From Patescibacteria group bacterium (GTDB lineage Bacteria; Patescibacteriota; Patescibacteriia; Buchananbacterales; GWA2-38-13), in NCBI GenBank assembly GCA_028712155.1, contig JAQTQO010000004.1:1-61706 (forward strand): a stretch of 61,706 bases of DNA, given 5' to 3'. Each line of letters starts with the position of its first letter. Position 1 is the stretch's first letter. Positions 28,053 through 35,724 of this stretch are shown here, one piece after another. Both the position numbers and the translations under genes were made by a program. The notes below the pieces were generated by a model, which saw nothing but the letters and a program-made list of their open reading frames with translations, did not search any database and was not told the DNA's origin.

Positions 28053-28889
28053 CTACGAAGTTATAGCCGCGGTGGCTCTTGCCTGCTCTGGAATCCCAGA
28101 GCAATCATCTTTAAGCAGTCTACCCCGCTCAGCTTCCAGCCACTTCCTGAGGTTTTTTCCTTCAATACTGCACTTCAGGCGATGGGTCCCCGCGATCTGG
28201 GCGATGGCACCATCAATAACGGCGAAAGCCTTTTCACGGCGCAATGCGGCTGCCGCATCGTGCACAAGCAGGAATTGTACATCGCTGCGAAGGGCAGTGC
28301 TGCAAGCAGGTACGCGCGCCGCCAACAACTGCAGCGCCACGTCGACCGGCAGACTGAGCTGGTCGCCGCCAGTCCGAAGCGTCACCATAATCGGGCCTTC
28401 TTCACCGAACGAATGTAACCGCACCTGGTACGTATGAATCCCATAACCGCCGCCGATGCGACCCCACGCAGACCGCCACCCTCCAAGCCGAAGAACGAAT
28501 CTAAAGTGCGGATCGGATAGGCAGATGCCGCACATCCCGTTTAGCTTGGTATGGCGATAGCCAAGGCGCAGATCAAGCCGACCACCTTCGCACCGGTGCA
28601 CAACGACCGAGTACCCGACGACATTGCACTTCCAGTAACGCTCGATCCACTTACCGAGGCTAACCTTCCCATCAACGCGCATGAAGGTGATGATGCCGCT
28701 GAGGGTGCAGAGAACGTCGGACAGAACCGAGAGTATCTCCACGGGCAAACGCGGAGTCTCCGGCGTCGCCGCCGACATCAGCACGGACTTCGTGAGTCCA
28801 TAGAAGAAGGGCGGCAGCACTGCGATCGCCACTAGAATCACACCGCCGCCACGGATGGGGCGGTATTGCTCCAACTCCTGAACCGTCAT
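28053..28889 (-). CDS. hypothetical protein with two N-terminal TM helices
   Basis: ATG with SD GGAAAGGAG. No recognised domain. Confidence 0.6.
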   Translation of the reverse strand: MTVQELEQYRPIRGGGVILVAIAVLPPFFYGLTKSVLMSAATPETPRLPVEILSVLSDVLCTLSGIITFMRVDGKVSLGKWIERYWKCNVVGYSVVVHRCEGGRLDLRLGYRHTKLNGMCGICLSDPHFRFVLRLGGWRSAWGRIGGGYGIHTYQVRLHSFGEEGPIMVTLRTGGDQLSLPVDVALQLLAARVPACSTALRSDVQFLLVHDAAAALRREKAFAVIDGAIAQIAGTHRLKCSIEGKNLRKWLEAERGRLLKDDCSGIPEQARATAAITS

Positions 28890-29056
28890 AACGCACGCTC
28901 CTTTCCGACTTACCCCGATTCTTCGGGGATGGGTGGGTGGCGAACGGAAACGGCTCTGCGCCGCTCGGCCCGCCAGGGGAGAATCCGCCCAAGGCGGATA
29001 AGAACATTTTGGTTGTCAACGTGCAACCAACGCCGAGACCACCTCAGCGATTTGAA

Positions 29057-29085
29057 ACGCTACGCCGATTATCCAAAAAAGTCAA
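29057..29085 (-). promoter_or_regulatory. sigma70-like promoter giving a ~160-nt structured leader
   Basis: Minus strand TTGACT-17 nt-TAGCGT. Confidence 0.4.
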
Positions 29086-29104
29086 CTCGAGCTCTTACTA
29101 CATT

Positions 29105-29182
29105 CCCTCTCCCCGCGGTGGGAAAGGGCGAGGGTGAGGGGGAAAAACACCACCCTCTCCCTACCCTCCCCCATCGAGGGGG
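29105..29182. other. G-tract/C-tract palindromic element (G4-capable on both strands)
   Basis: GGGAAAGGGCGAGGGTGAGGGGG, then CCCTCTCCCTACCCTCCCCC, then CCCCC-ATCGA-GGGGG hairpin. Confidence 0.6.
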
Positions 29183-29288
29183 AGGAAATCAAGGAAATAT
29201 TCCATATATATCCTGAGTCCTATCAAAGGACTTCTATGGGGAAGCCCTTCGACTCCGCCCCGCGGCGAGGCTGCGCTCAGGGAATATT

Positions 29289-29648
29289 TTATTTTCCCAG
29301 TGCTTTTTGCAGCGCCTCGTACCCCAGCAGGGCGCACTTGTGCCGCGCCGGACCGATCGGCGTACCGAGCAGCCGCAAAGCCTGGGCTTCGGTCAACCGG
29401 CGCACCTGCGAGAGGCGTTGACCGGAGACCGCCTCGGTTAGCAGCGACGTAGCCGCCATGGAAATGGCGCAGCCGGTGCCGGTGAATTTCACCTGGCGCA
29501 CCACGCCGCGCGTGATTTTCAAAGCAATTTCCACTTCATCCCCGCACAACGGGTTGCCGCGCTGCGCCTTGTGCGTCGCGCCCTTGAGTTTTCCGAAATT
29601 GCGCGGGGCGCGGTAATGGTCCAGAATTTTCTGTCGGTAGAGATCCAT
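29289..29648 (-). CDS. sufU: SufU-type Fe-S cluster sulfurtransferase/scaffold
   Basis: NPLCGDE, GTGCAISMA and HKCALL motifs. Confidence 0.9.
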   Translation of the reverse strand: MDLYRQKILDHYRAPRNFGKLKGATHKAQRGNPLCGDEVEIALKITRGVVRQVKFTGTGCAISMAATSLLTEAVSGQRLSQVRRLTEAQALRLLGTPIGPARHKCALLGYEALQKALGK

Positions 29649-29660
29649 GGACTTCAGATT

Positions 29661-30884
29661 TTAAACCTCGAAAATTTTTTGTACCTTTTTGATGCCACGC
29701 ACCAATTGGTCGATATCCTCTTTTGTATTGTATATTCCAATACTCGCGCGGACCGTGGCCAGTACGCCGAGTTTGGTGTGCAGCGGCATCGCGCAGTGAT
29801 GACCGGCACGCACCGCGATACCAAGAGTATCAAAAACGGACGCCACATCGTGCGCGTGCACGCCGTCGATATTAAAGCTGATGACCGCACCATGATCAAC
29901 CGCGGTATGCGGCCCGTAGACGGTCACGCCGGACAACATCGTCAACTTTTTCATCGCGTATCGCACTAGCGCGCGTTCATGCCGCCGGATAGCCGGCCAT
30001 CCGATGGCGCGCAGCATGGCAATTGCCGCGCCCAAGCCGACGATTCCCGCGGCGTTTTGCGTACCGGCTTCAAACCGGGCGGGCGGGTCGGCAAACGTGG
30101 TTTTCCCCCAGCGCACCTCGGCCACCATCTCGCCGCCGTACTGATACGGCGGGGCATCCTCGAGCAACGCGCGGCGCCCCCACAGCACGCCGATGCCGGT
30201 CGGGCCGTACATTTTGTGTCCGGAAAATGAAATCCAGTCGCACCCGAGCCGGGAAACATTGATCGGCTCATGGGCGACCGCCTGCGCCGCATCCACCAAC
30301 ACGCGTGCTCCAACCCGATGCGCCAGCCGGATAATCGTCGGCAGCGGAGGGCGCACGCCTAGAACATTTGACGTATGCGTTACGGAAACCAGCTTCACGC
30401 GCCGGGTCAAATGCCTTCGCAACCATTGGAGATCAAGATTGCCGTTCGCCGTGATCGGAATAAACGAGAGTTTCCATCGGCGGCGCGCGGCCAGCTGCTG
30501 CCACGGCACGAGATTGGAATGATGCTCAAGCTCCGATACGATTACTTCGTCACCCGGACGCAGATGCGCAAGCGCCCACGTGTACGCAACCAAGTTGATC
30601 GCGCCCGTGGTCCCGGACGTAAACACCACTTCCGACGCGTCGTCTGCGCCGATAAAGGCGGCCACATCGCTGCGCACCTGCTCGACCATTTCGGTCGCCT
30701 CCACGCCCAGCTGGTACAGTCCCCGCCGCGGGTTGGCGTTGTGCCGGCGGTAAAATGCGTCCATCGCCGCGAGCACCGCCGTCGGTTTCTGCGCCGTGGC
30801 CGCGCTGTCGAGGTAGGTCAACGGATGCCCGTGGATGCGGCGGGAAAAAATTGGATAACTTTTTTTGATATTTCTGATGCTCAT
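29661..30884 (-). CDS. sufS: cysteine desulfurase SufS
   Basis: Class V aminotransferase. SFSGHKMYGPTG PLP-lysine motif, RAGHHCA. ATG 30884 is preferred over the track's TTG 30893. Confidence 0.95.
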   Translation of the reverse strand: MSIRNIKKSYPIFSRRIHGHPLTYLDSAATAQKPTAVLAAMDAFYRRHNANPRRGLYQLGVEATEMVEQVRSDVAAFIGADDASEVVFTSGTTGAINLVAYTWALAHLRPGDEVIVSELEHHSNLVPWQQLAARRRWKLSFIPITANGNLDLQWLRRHLTRRVKLVSVTHTSNVLGVRPPLPTIIRLAHRVGARVLVDAAQAVAHEPINVSRLGCDWISFSGHKMYGPTGIGVLWGRRALLEDAPPYQYGGEMVAEVRWGKTTFADPPARFEAGTQNAAGIVGLGAAIAMLRAIGWPAIRRHERALVRYAMKKLTMLSGVTVYGPHTAVDHGAVISFNIDGVHAHDVASVFDTLGIAVRAGHHCAMPLHTKLGVLATVRASIGIYNTKEDIDQLVRGIKKVQKIFEV

Positions 30885-30889
30885 ATAAA

Positions 30890-31516
30890 TCAAACTTTCA
30901 TCTCCGCGCCACGACCCACCAGTTTTATATCGTCATCCCGCACGAGCACCGCCTGCTCGTCGGTAAGAATTTTTACCGGATATTTTGCCAAAGGAACTTC
31001 TTTTTTAAGAACGGATAGATATTCTGGTTGATAATGTACCGATAAAATGAACGGTACCAAGCTCAGGCCGGTTAAATCGGTTAATCCCACCATATTTCGG
31101 TCCTGATGTTTCCAGTTTGCCATTTCGATGGTGGGACAAGTAATGTAGCTTCCGGCGCTCACGCCAATATATACAACACCCCGTTCGATTAGCTCTTTTA
31201 CTACTTTGTCAAAGCCACTTTCTTTGACGTATTTTAATAGATAAAAAGTGTTACCACCTTGTACGTAAATGACGTCTTTGCCGGCCAACAATGAACGCAG
31301 CTGATTTTCGGATTTTCCCCTCACATCAATATTCTCCACTTGAAATCCGCACGCCAGCAAGTCCTGCGTATCTTGGACAACATAAGAAGTGTCATTTTCT
31401 GCCAAGGACGCGGTGATAATATGCGCCAGTTTTAATTGCGACGCTGGTTGAGGTAATATTTTTAGAATTTCACCTTTAACGCGCATGCCCGCCGAGGTCA
31501 AAAGTATGGTCTTCAT
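30890..31516 (-). CDS. peptidase S51 (PepE-like) family protein, low-GC
   Basis: GGNTFYLL and GVSAGS motifs. ATGA overlap with the sufD stop. Confidence 0.8.
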   Translation of the reverse strand: MKTILLTSAGMRVKGEILKILPQPASQLKLAHIITASLAENDTSYVVQDTQDLLACGFQVENIDVRGKSENQLRSLLAGKDVIYVQGGNTFYLLKYVKESGFDKVVKELIERGVVYIGVSAGSYITCPTIEMANWKHQDRNMVGLTDLTGLSLVPFILSVHYQPEYLSVLKKEVPLAKYPVKILTDEQAVLVRDDDIKLVGRGAEMKV

Positions 31517-32163
31517 AGTAATGCTATTTTTTTCTGAAATGCTACTATAACTTCCTCTCTTAATTTAATGTTCTCCAAGTTTATTAAGGCTGCTCCAAAA
31601 AATGATTGTACCAGCAAACGCCGCGCGGAGGTTATCGAAATCCCGCGCGACCGGCAGTAAAAAAGCTGCGTCTCGTCGAGAGGACTGGCTGCCGACGCGT
31701 GGTGGATGTCCACATCATCGGCTTCAATCTGCAGCTGCGGGAGCAGACGGATTTCCGGATTCGGTGCAAGCAGCAACGCCCGCTGTTCCAACCGCGACAC
31801 ACTCCCCTGCCCGGCGAGCGGGACAAAAATCATGCCCTGTACCGTGGCCGATGCCGCGCCATCAAACACCCCCAGGACGCGGTTGAACGCGGTTGCCTGA
31901 CGACCGGCGTGTTCCACCAAGTGGTTAACAGAAATCCGCGCGTCCCGGCCGACGATGACGGTTTCCGCTTCAAGCCGTGCGTTGCGACCAAGCCGAAAAT
32001 GCACGCGTTTCCTGCGCTGGCCGATCCCCAGGGCGGAAAAATACCGCAGGTGCGTACCCGGAGCCAGCTCGATCATCAGTTCCGGCGCCAAATCAAAATC
32101 AATCAGGCTACGGCTGCCGGTTACCCGGATTCGTTTTGCCTTGCTCCGTACTGCAGTCTTCAT
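31513..32163 (-). CDS. sufD: short SufD-like Fe-S assembly protein (C-terminal beta-helix only)
   Basis: Position between sufB and sufS. SufB/D-type C-terminal pattern (QLFYCRSRGI). Confidence 0.75.
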   Translation of the reverse strand: MKTAVRSKAKRIRVTGSRSLIDFDLAPELMIELAPGTHLRYFSALGIGQRRKRVHFRLGRNARLEAETVIVGRDARISVNHLVEHAGRQATAFNRVLGVFDGAASATVQGMIFVPLAGQGSVSRLEQRALLLAPNPEIRLLPQLQIEADDVDIHHASAASPLDETQLFYCRSRGISITSARRLLVQSFFGAALINLENIKLREEVIVAFQKKIALL

Positions 32164-32172
32164 AATAATAGA

Positions 32173-33585
32173 CTACCCGACGGCGCCGACCATCTCCATT
32201 TCGATCAAACGGTTCATTTCCACGGCGTACTCCATCGGCAGCTCTTTGATCAGCGGTTCAAAAAACCCGTTCACCACCAATGCGGCCGCCTGCTTGGACG
32301 GAATCCCGCGCGTTCCCGCGTAAAACATTTGCGCATCGGAAATTTTTGCGACGGACGCTTCATGCGCGACCACCGCGGATGCGTTGTCCACCTCAAGCGT
32401 CGGAAAAGTATCGGACGCCGAATGCCGGTCGAGGATGAGCGCCTGGCAGGAGATCTGCGACCGGCAGTCGGCCGCGTTGGGGGCAACCCTCAACCGTCCG
32501 CGAAACGTGGTACGACCGCCGCCGTAGCTAACCGACTTCGACGTGATGACCGACGAGGTTTCGGGCGCCAAATGCAGCACGCGTGCACCGGCATCCTGGT
32601 GCTGATGCTTTCCGGCGTACGCCATCGACAGGATGTCGGCCCGCGCCCCGCGGCCGGTAAGCAGCACCGCCGGGTATTTCATCGTCACCCCGCTACCCAA
32701 GTTGAAGTCCACCCATTCAACGGTCGCGTTGGCCGCCGCCCGGGCGCGCTTGGTCACCAGGTTGTACACGTTTTTCGACCAGTTCTGCAGCGTGGTGTAG
32801 CGCACATGCGCGCTGCGTTCCGCGTAGACTTCCACCACGGCGCTGTGCAGCGCACTCGCCTGGTACGTCGGCGCCGAGCACCCTTCGACGTAGTGCACAA
32901 AGCTTCCCTCATCGGCGATGATCAGGGTCCGTTCAAACTGTCCCATGCGCGAGGCGTTGATGCGAAAGTACGCCTGCAGCGGCAGCTCCACGTGCACATG
33001 CGGCGGCACGTAAATGAAACTGCCGCCGGACCAGACGGCGGTGTTGAGCGCCGCAAACTTGTTGTCGCTGGAGGGAACCAGCTTGCCGAAATATTTCTTC
33101 ACGAGATCCGGCCGCTCCCGCACTGCAGTTTCCACGTCGGAAAAAATTACCCCTTGTTTGCGCAGCTGCGGCAAAACGTGGTGGTAAATGTTCTCCGAAT
33201 CATACTGCGCGCCGACTCCGGCCAAAAATTCCTGCTCATACTTCGGCAGCTGCAAGCGGTTAAACGTCCGCTGGATTTCCGGAGGCACATCATCCCAGGT
33301 TTGCGCTTTCCGTTCGGACGGCTTCAGATAAAAATATAATTCATCGAATTTGAGGCGCGACAGATCCGGCCCAAACGGAGGCAGCGGCAAACGCAAAAAA
33401 TGGCGCAAGCCCTCATGACGAATCCGGCGCATCCACGCCGGCTCGTCTTTCTGCTCGGAAATCAAATCGACGACCACTTTGGACAACCCCTTGGGCGAAC
33501 GCAGCACCGGCCGTTCAGGGTCGCGGAAGCTGTAACGGGAAGCCGGTTTCGATGTGACGATTTGACGGAGGCGGTCAGGAGTCAT
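32173..33585 (-). CDS. sufB: Fe-S cluster assembly protein SufB
   Basis: 470 aa, full-length SufB pattern (FYAGTRGI, VEGCSAP). Confidence 0.95.
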   Translation of the reverse strand: MTPDRLRQIVTSKPASRYSFRDPERPVLRSPKGLSKVVVDLISEQKDEPAWMRRIRHEGLRHFLRLPLPPFGPDLSRLKFDELYFYLKPSERKAQTWDDVPPEIQRTFNRLQLPKYEQEFLAGVGAQYDSENIYHHVLPQLRKQGVIFSDVETAVRERPDLVKKYFGKLVPSSDNKFAALNTAVWSGGSFIYVPPHVHVELPLQAYFRINASRMGQFERTLIIADEGSFVHYVEGCSAPTYQASALHSAVVEVYAERSAHVRYTTLQNWSKNVYNLVTKRARAAANATVEWVDFNLGSGVTMKYPAVLLTGRGARADILSMAYAGKHQHQDAGARVLHLAPETSSVITSKSVSYGGGRTTFRGRLRVAPNAADCRSQISCQALILDRHSASDTFPTLEVDNASAVVAHEASVAKISDAQMFYAGTRGIPSKQAAALVVNGFFEPLIKELPMEYAVEMNRLIEMEMVGAVG

Positions 33586-34319
33586 ACCGGCGGCAGTAAC
33601 GGTTCATATCCTCGCTGCTCGATTTCTTCGGCCAGGTGAGGTCCGCCGCTTTTCACGAGTTTGCCGCCGACCATCACATGCACCGCGTCCGGCCGCAGGT
33701 ATTTCAACAACCGGGAGTAATGGGTGATCAACAGCATCGCCATCCCCTGCCGGTGAAAACGATCAATGACTTTGGCCAATGCCTGAAGCGCGTCCACGTC
33801 CAAACCGGAATCGGGTTCGTCAAGAACGGCGAGTTTCGGAAGCAGCACGCCCAGCTGCGCGATTTCCGACCGCTTCTTTTCACCGCCGGATAATCCTTCG
33901 TTGACATCGCGGGAAAACACGTCGGACGGAAGCTGTAAAAAATTCAGCATCGGCGGCAGCTCCCGGGCCACCGCGGACTCGTCCCATTTCCGTTCACGGA
34001 CGGCCGCGGTGAGAAAATGGGAAAGGCTCAATCCCGGCATGCCCACCGGGTACTGGAACGACAAAAACAACCCGGCCCGCGCCCGCACGTCGGCTGCCTG
34101 CGTGAGCAAACTCTTGCCGGCAAACCGAGCTGACCCGCCGGTCACGTGCACCGCCGGATCGCCGGCCAACGCTTTCGCCAGCGTTGATTTGCCCGAACCG
34201 TTCGGTCCCATCAGTACGTGCAATTCCCCGGGGATGATTTTCAACGACACGCCGAAAAGTATTGCTTTCCCCCCGACGGAAACTTTCAGATTGCGTACGT
34301 TGAGAAGCGAAGTGCTCAT
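33582..34319 (-). CDS. sufC: Fe-S cluster assembly ATPase SufC
   Basis: GPNGSGKST Walker A, LSGGEKKR signature, LDEPDSGLD Walker B. Confidence 0.95.
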   Translation of the reverse strand: MSTSLLNVRNLKVSVGGKAILFGVSLKIIPGELHVLMGPNGSGKSTLAKALAGDPAVHVTGGSARFAGKSLLTQAADVRARAGLFLSFQYPVGMPGLSLSHFLTAAVRERKWDESAVARELPPMLNFLQLPSDVFSRDVNEGLSGGEKKRSEIAQLGVLLPKLAVLDEPDSGLDVDALQALAKVIDRFHRQGMAMLLITHYSRLLKYLRPDAVHVMVGGKLVKSGGPHLAEEIEQRGYEPLLPPV

Positions 34320-34720
34320 GGGAGGTCAGCCAGAGTTATCTCGTCGAATTGGCGCACCATCCGCGCCTCCAGCATCTGCCACCAGGAACGCACGCCGCAG
34401 TGGCTGCGGTTTGGACACCCCACATGCCCCTGCCGCAGACAGCGCACGAGCCGGCGCCGCGGTTCAAGCGCCGCGACAACAGCGCCGAGCGTAATCTTTT
34501 TCGGCGGACGGGAAAGCCGGTAGCCGCCGCCGCTACCTTCAAAACTCGTGAGCAAACCTGCCTGGCGCAGCTGCCGCGCAATTTGCGCCAGGTACCGGTA
34601 CGGCAGGCGCAGCTGCCGCGCGAGCGCTTGCAGCGGCATCGGCCCCCCGCGCTGGTCTCGCTGGGCCAAATACCGCAGCATCTGCACCCCGTAGTCAATT
34701 TTGGTCGAAATCGTCAGCAT
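34316..34720 (-). CDS. Rrf2-family transcriptional regulator (IscR/SufR-like, three Cys)
   Basis: N-terminal wHTH MLTISTKIDYGVQMLRYLA. Cys cluster CLRQGHVGCPNRSHC. ATG 34720 is preferred over GTG 34735. Confidence 0.85.
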   Translation of the reverse strand: MLTISTKIDYGVQMLRYLAQRDQRGGPMPLQALARQLRLPYRYLAQIARQLRQAGLLTSFEGSGGGYRLSRPPKKITLGAVVAALEPRRRLVRCLRQGHVGCPNRSHCGVRSWWQMLEARMVRQFDEITLADLP

Positions 34721-34727
34721 GAGATAA

Positions 34728-34833
34728 ATCCCCACACCTTCCTGCAGGGTAAAATTGAATCACAGGAAAGATATTTATGGCGCCCATTTATCCCCACTGT
34801 AAGCCGCGAAATATTCTGGAAAGGTGTGGGGAT
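34728..34833 (-). promoter_or_regulatory. leader inverted repeat that can sequester the Rrf2 ribosome-binding region
   Basis: ATCCCCACACCTTCC (34728-34742) against GGAAAGGTGTGGGGAT (34818-34833). Confidence 0.45.
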
Positions 34834-34855
34834 GAACTCCTACTAATTTAGTGCT

Positions 34856-34884
34856 AGTTTATCGCGAGTCAAAAATCTTGTCAA
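34856..34884 (-). promoter_or_regulatory. sigma70-like promoter of the suf operon
   Basis: Minus strand TTGACA-17 nt-TAAACT. Confidence 0.6.
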
Positions 34885-34944
34885 CTACAAAAATGACCGC
34901 GCGGGAGAGCACGGTCACAACGGCATCGGAAACGCAAGGGACAG

Positions 34945-35349
34945 TCACCTATTCGCACCCACCAGCGTGGCGCAGAAGAATTCCGTCGGAGAGATCACCC
35001 GGGATCGGCGCAGAATGTACAACACTCGGATAAGCTGCCATACCGGCACGTCCCGCAATAACGTAAAACCTCCGTGGATCACCCAATCCGGGTGCGATGG
35101 CGTCTGCCAGTCCCAAAACGAAAAATTCGACCACCACCGTGCCGGGCGAAACCAACCCCAGAAAAAGAGTCCGTTACCGCGAACGTACTTGGGTTGTCCC
35201 TCATCCAACAGGGTGATGGAGCAATAGCACGTCCGGTGCACCAGGTAGACCACGCACCGGCCCAAAGAGTCGGTCTGACCATACCGCCGAAGCTTGCGCA
35301 AACCGGATCGCACCAGTTGGGCTAAATATTGCTGAAAAGAACGATGCAT
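34945..35349 (-). CDS. hypothetical Trp/Arg-rich protein (134 aa)
   Basis: ATG with SD GGAGG 5 nt upstream. No recognised domain. Confidence 0.5.
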   Translation of the reverse strand: MHRSFQQYLAQLVRSGLRKLRRYGQTDSLGRCVVYLVHRTCYCSITLLDEGQPKYVRGNGLFFWGWFRPARWWSNFSFWDWQTPSHPDWVIHGGFTLLRDVPVWQLIRVLYILRRSRVISPTEFFCATLVGANR

Positions 35350-35496
35350 GTTTCGCCTCCAAGGTACAAACTAAAAAATTCTGTCCGCACCGCCTTTGAT
35401 ATCTTACACCACACCAATATAAAAAAATACGGCTCGGCCCTCTCTCTTTGAACTAGATAAATTTATTTAATTTAAGATAAAAAATGGATATTATTA

Positions 35497-35525
35497 TTGA
35501 CAAGTATTGCATTATATGCTAATGT
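35497..35525 (+). promoter_or_regulatory. extended -10 sigma70 promoter
   Basis: TTGACA-17 nt-TAATGT, preceded by TGc. Confidence 0.6.
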
Positions 35526-35531
35526 CACAAA

Positions 35532-35700
35532 TTAAAATAAAAAATCGGCCTTTGCTGGACAGGCATGGTATATCCAGCACGCAACCGAAAGGGAGGCAAG
35601 GAGTGCTCCTTCTTCCAGGATTCCGTTAAGGCCTTCGGGCCAAACCCCCGCCCTGACGACGCATAAGCAAACGTCGTGAATCAGGGCGGGGGTTTTCATT
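35532..35700 (+). ncRNA. candidate ~170-nt small RNA convergent with glnA, unassigned
   Basis: Consensus promoter, internal helices (GGCCUU/AAGGCC, CUGG/CCAG, UUCG-capped GGCC/GGCC) and a strong terminator. Confidence 0.5.
35645..35700. terminator. strong hairpin terminator (sRNA on plus, probably also glnA on minus)
   Basis: CCCCCGCCCTGA...TCAGGGCGGGGG, followed by TTTTCATTTT. Confidence 0.75.
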
Positions 35701-35724
35701 TTCCCGGGATTATTTTTTTTGGAC

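Noticed and set aside
28937-29421. Track ORFs 28937-29137 and 29134-29421 in the gap upstream of sufU
   Set aside because: Their translations (PSPRGGKGRG, LSLPSPIEGEE) derive from the G-tract/C-tract palindromes. They have no SD, and the second overlaps sufU antisense.
35565-35663. 32-codon ORF inside the 35.5-kb sRNA candidate as the real product
   Set aside because: It has no convincing SD, its stop codon sits in the terminator loop, and its composition is unremarkable. It is kept only as an alternative to test.
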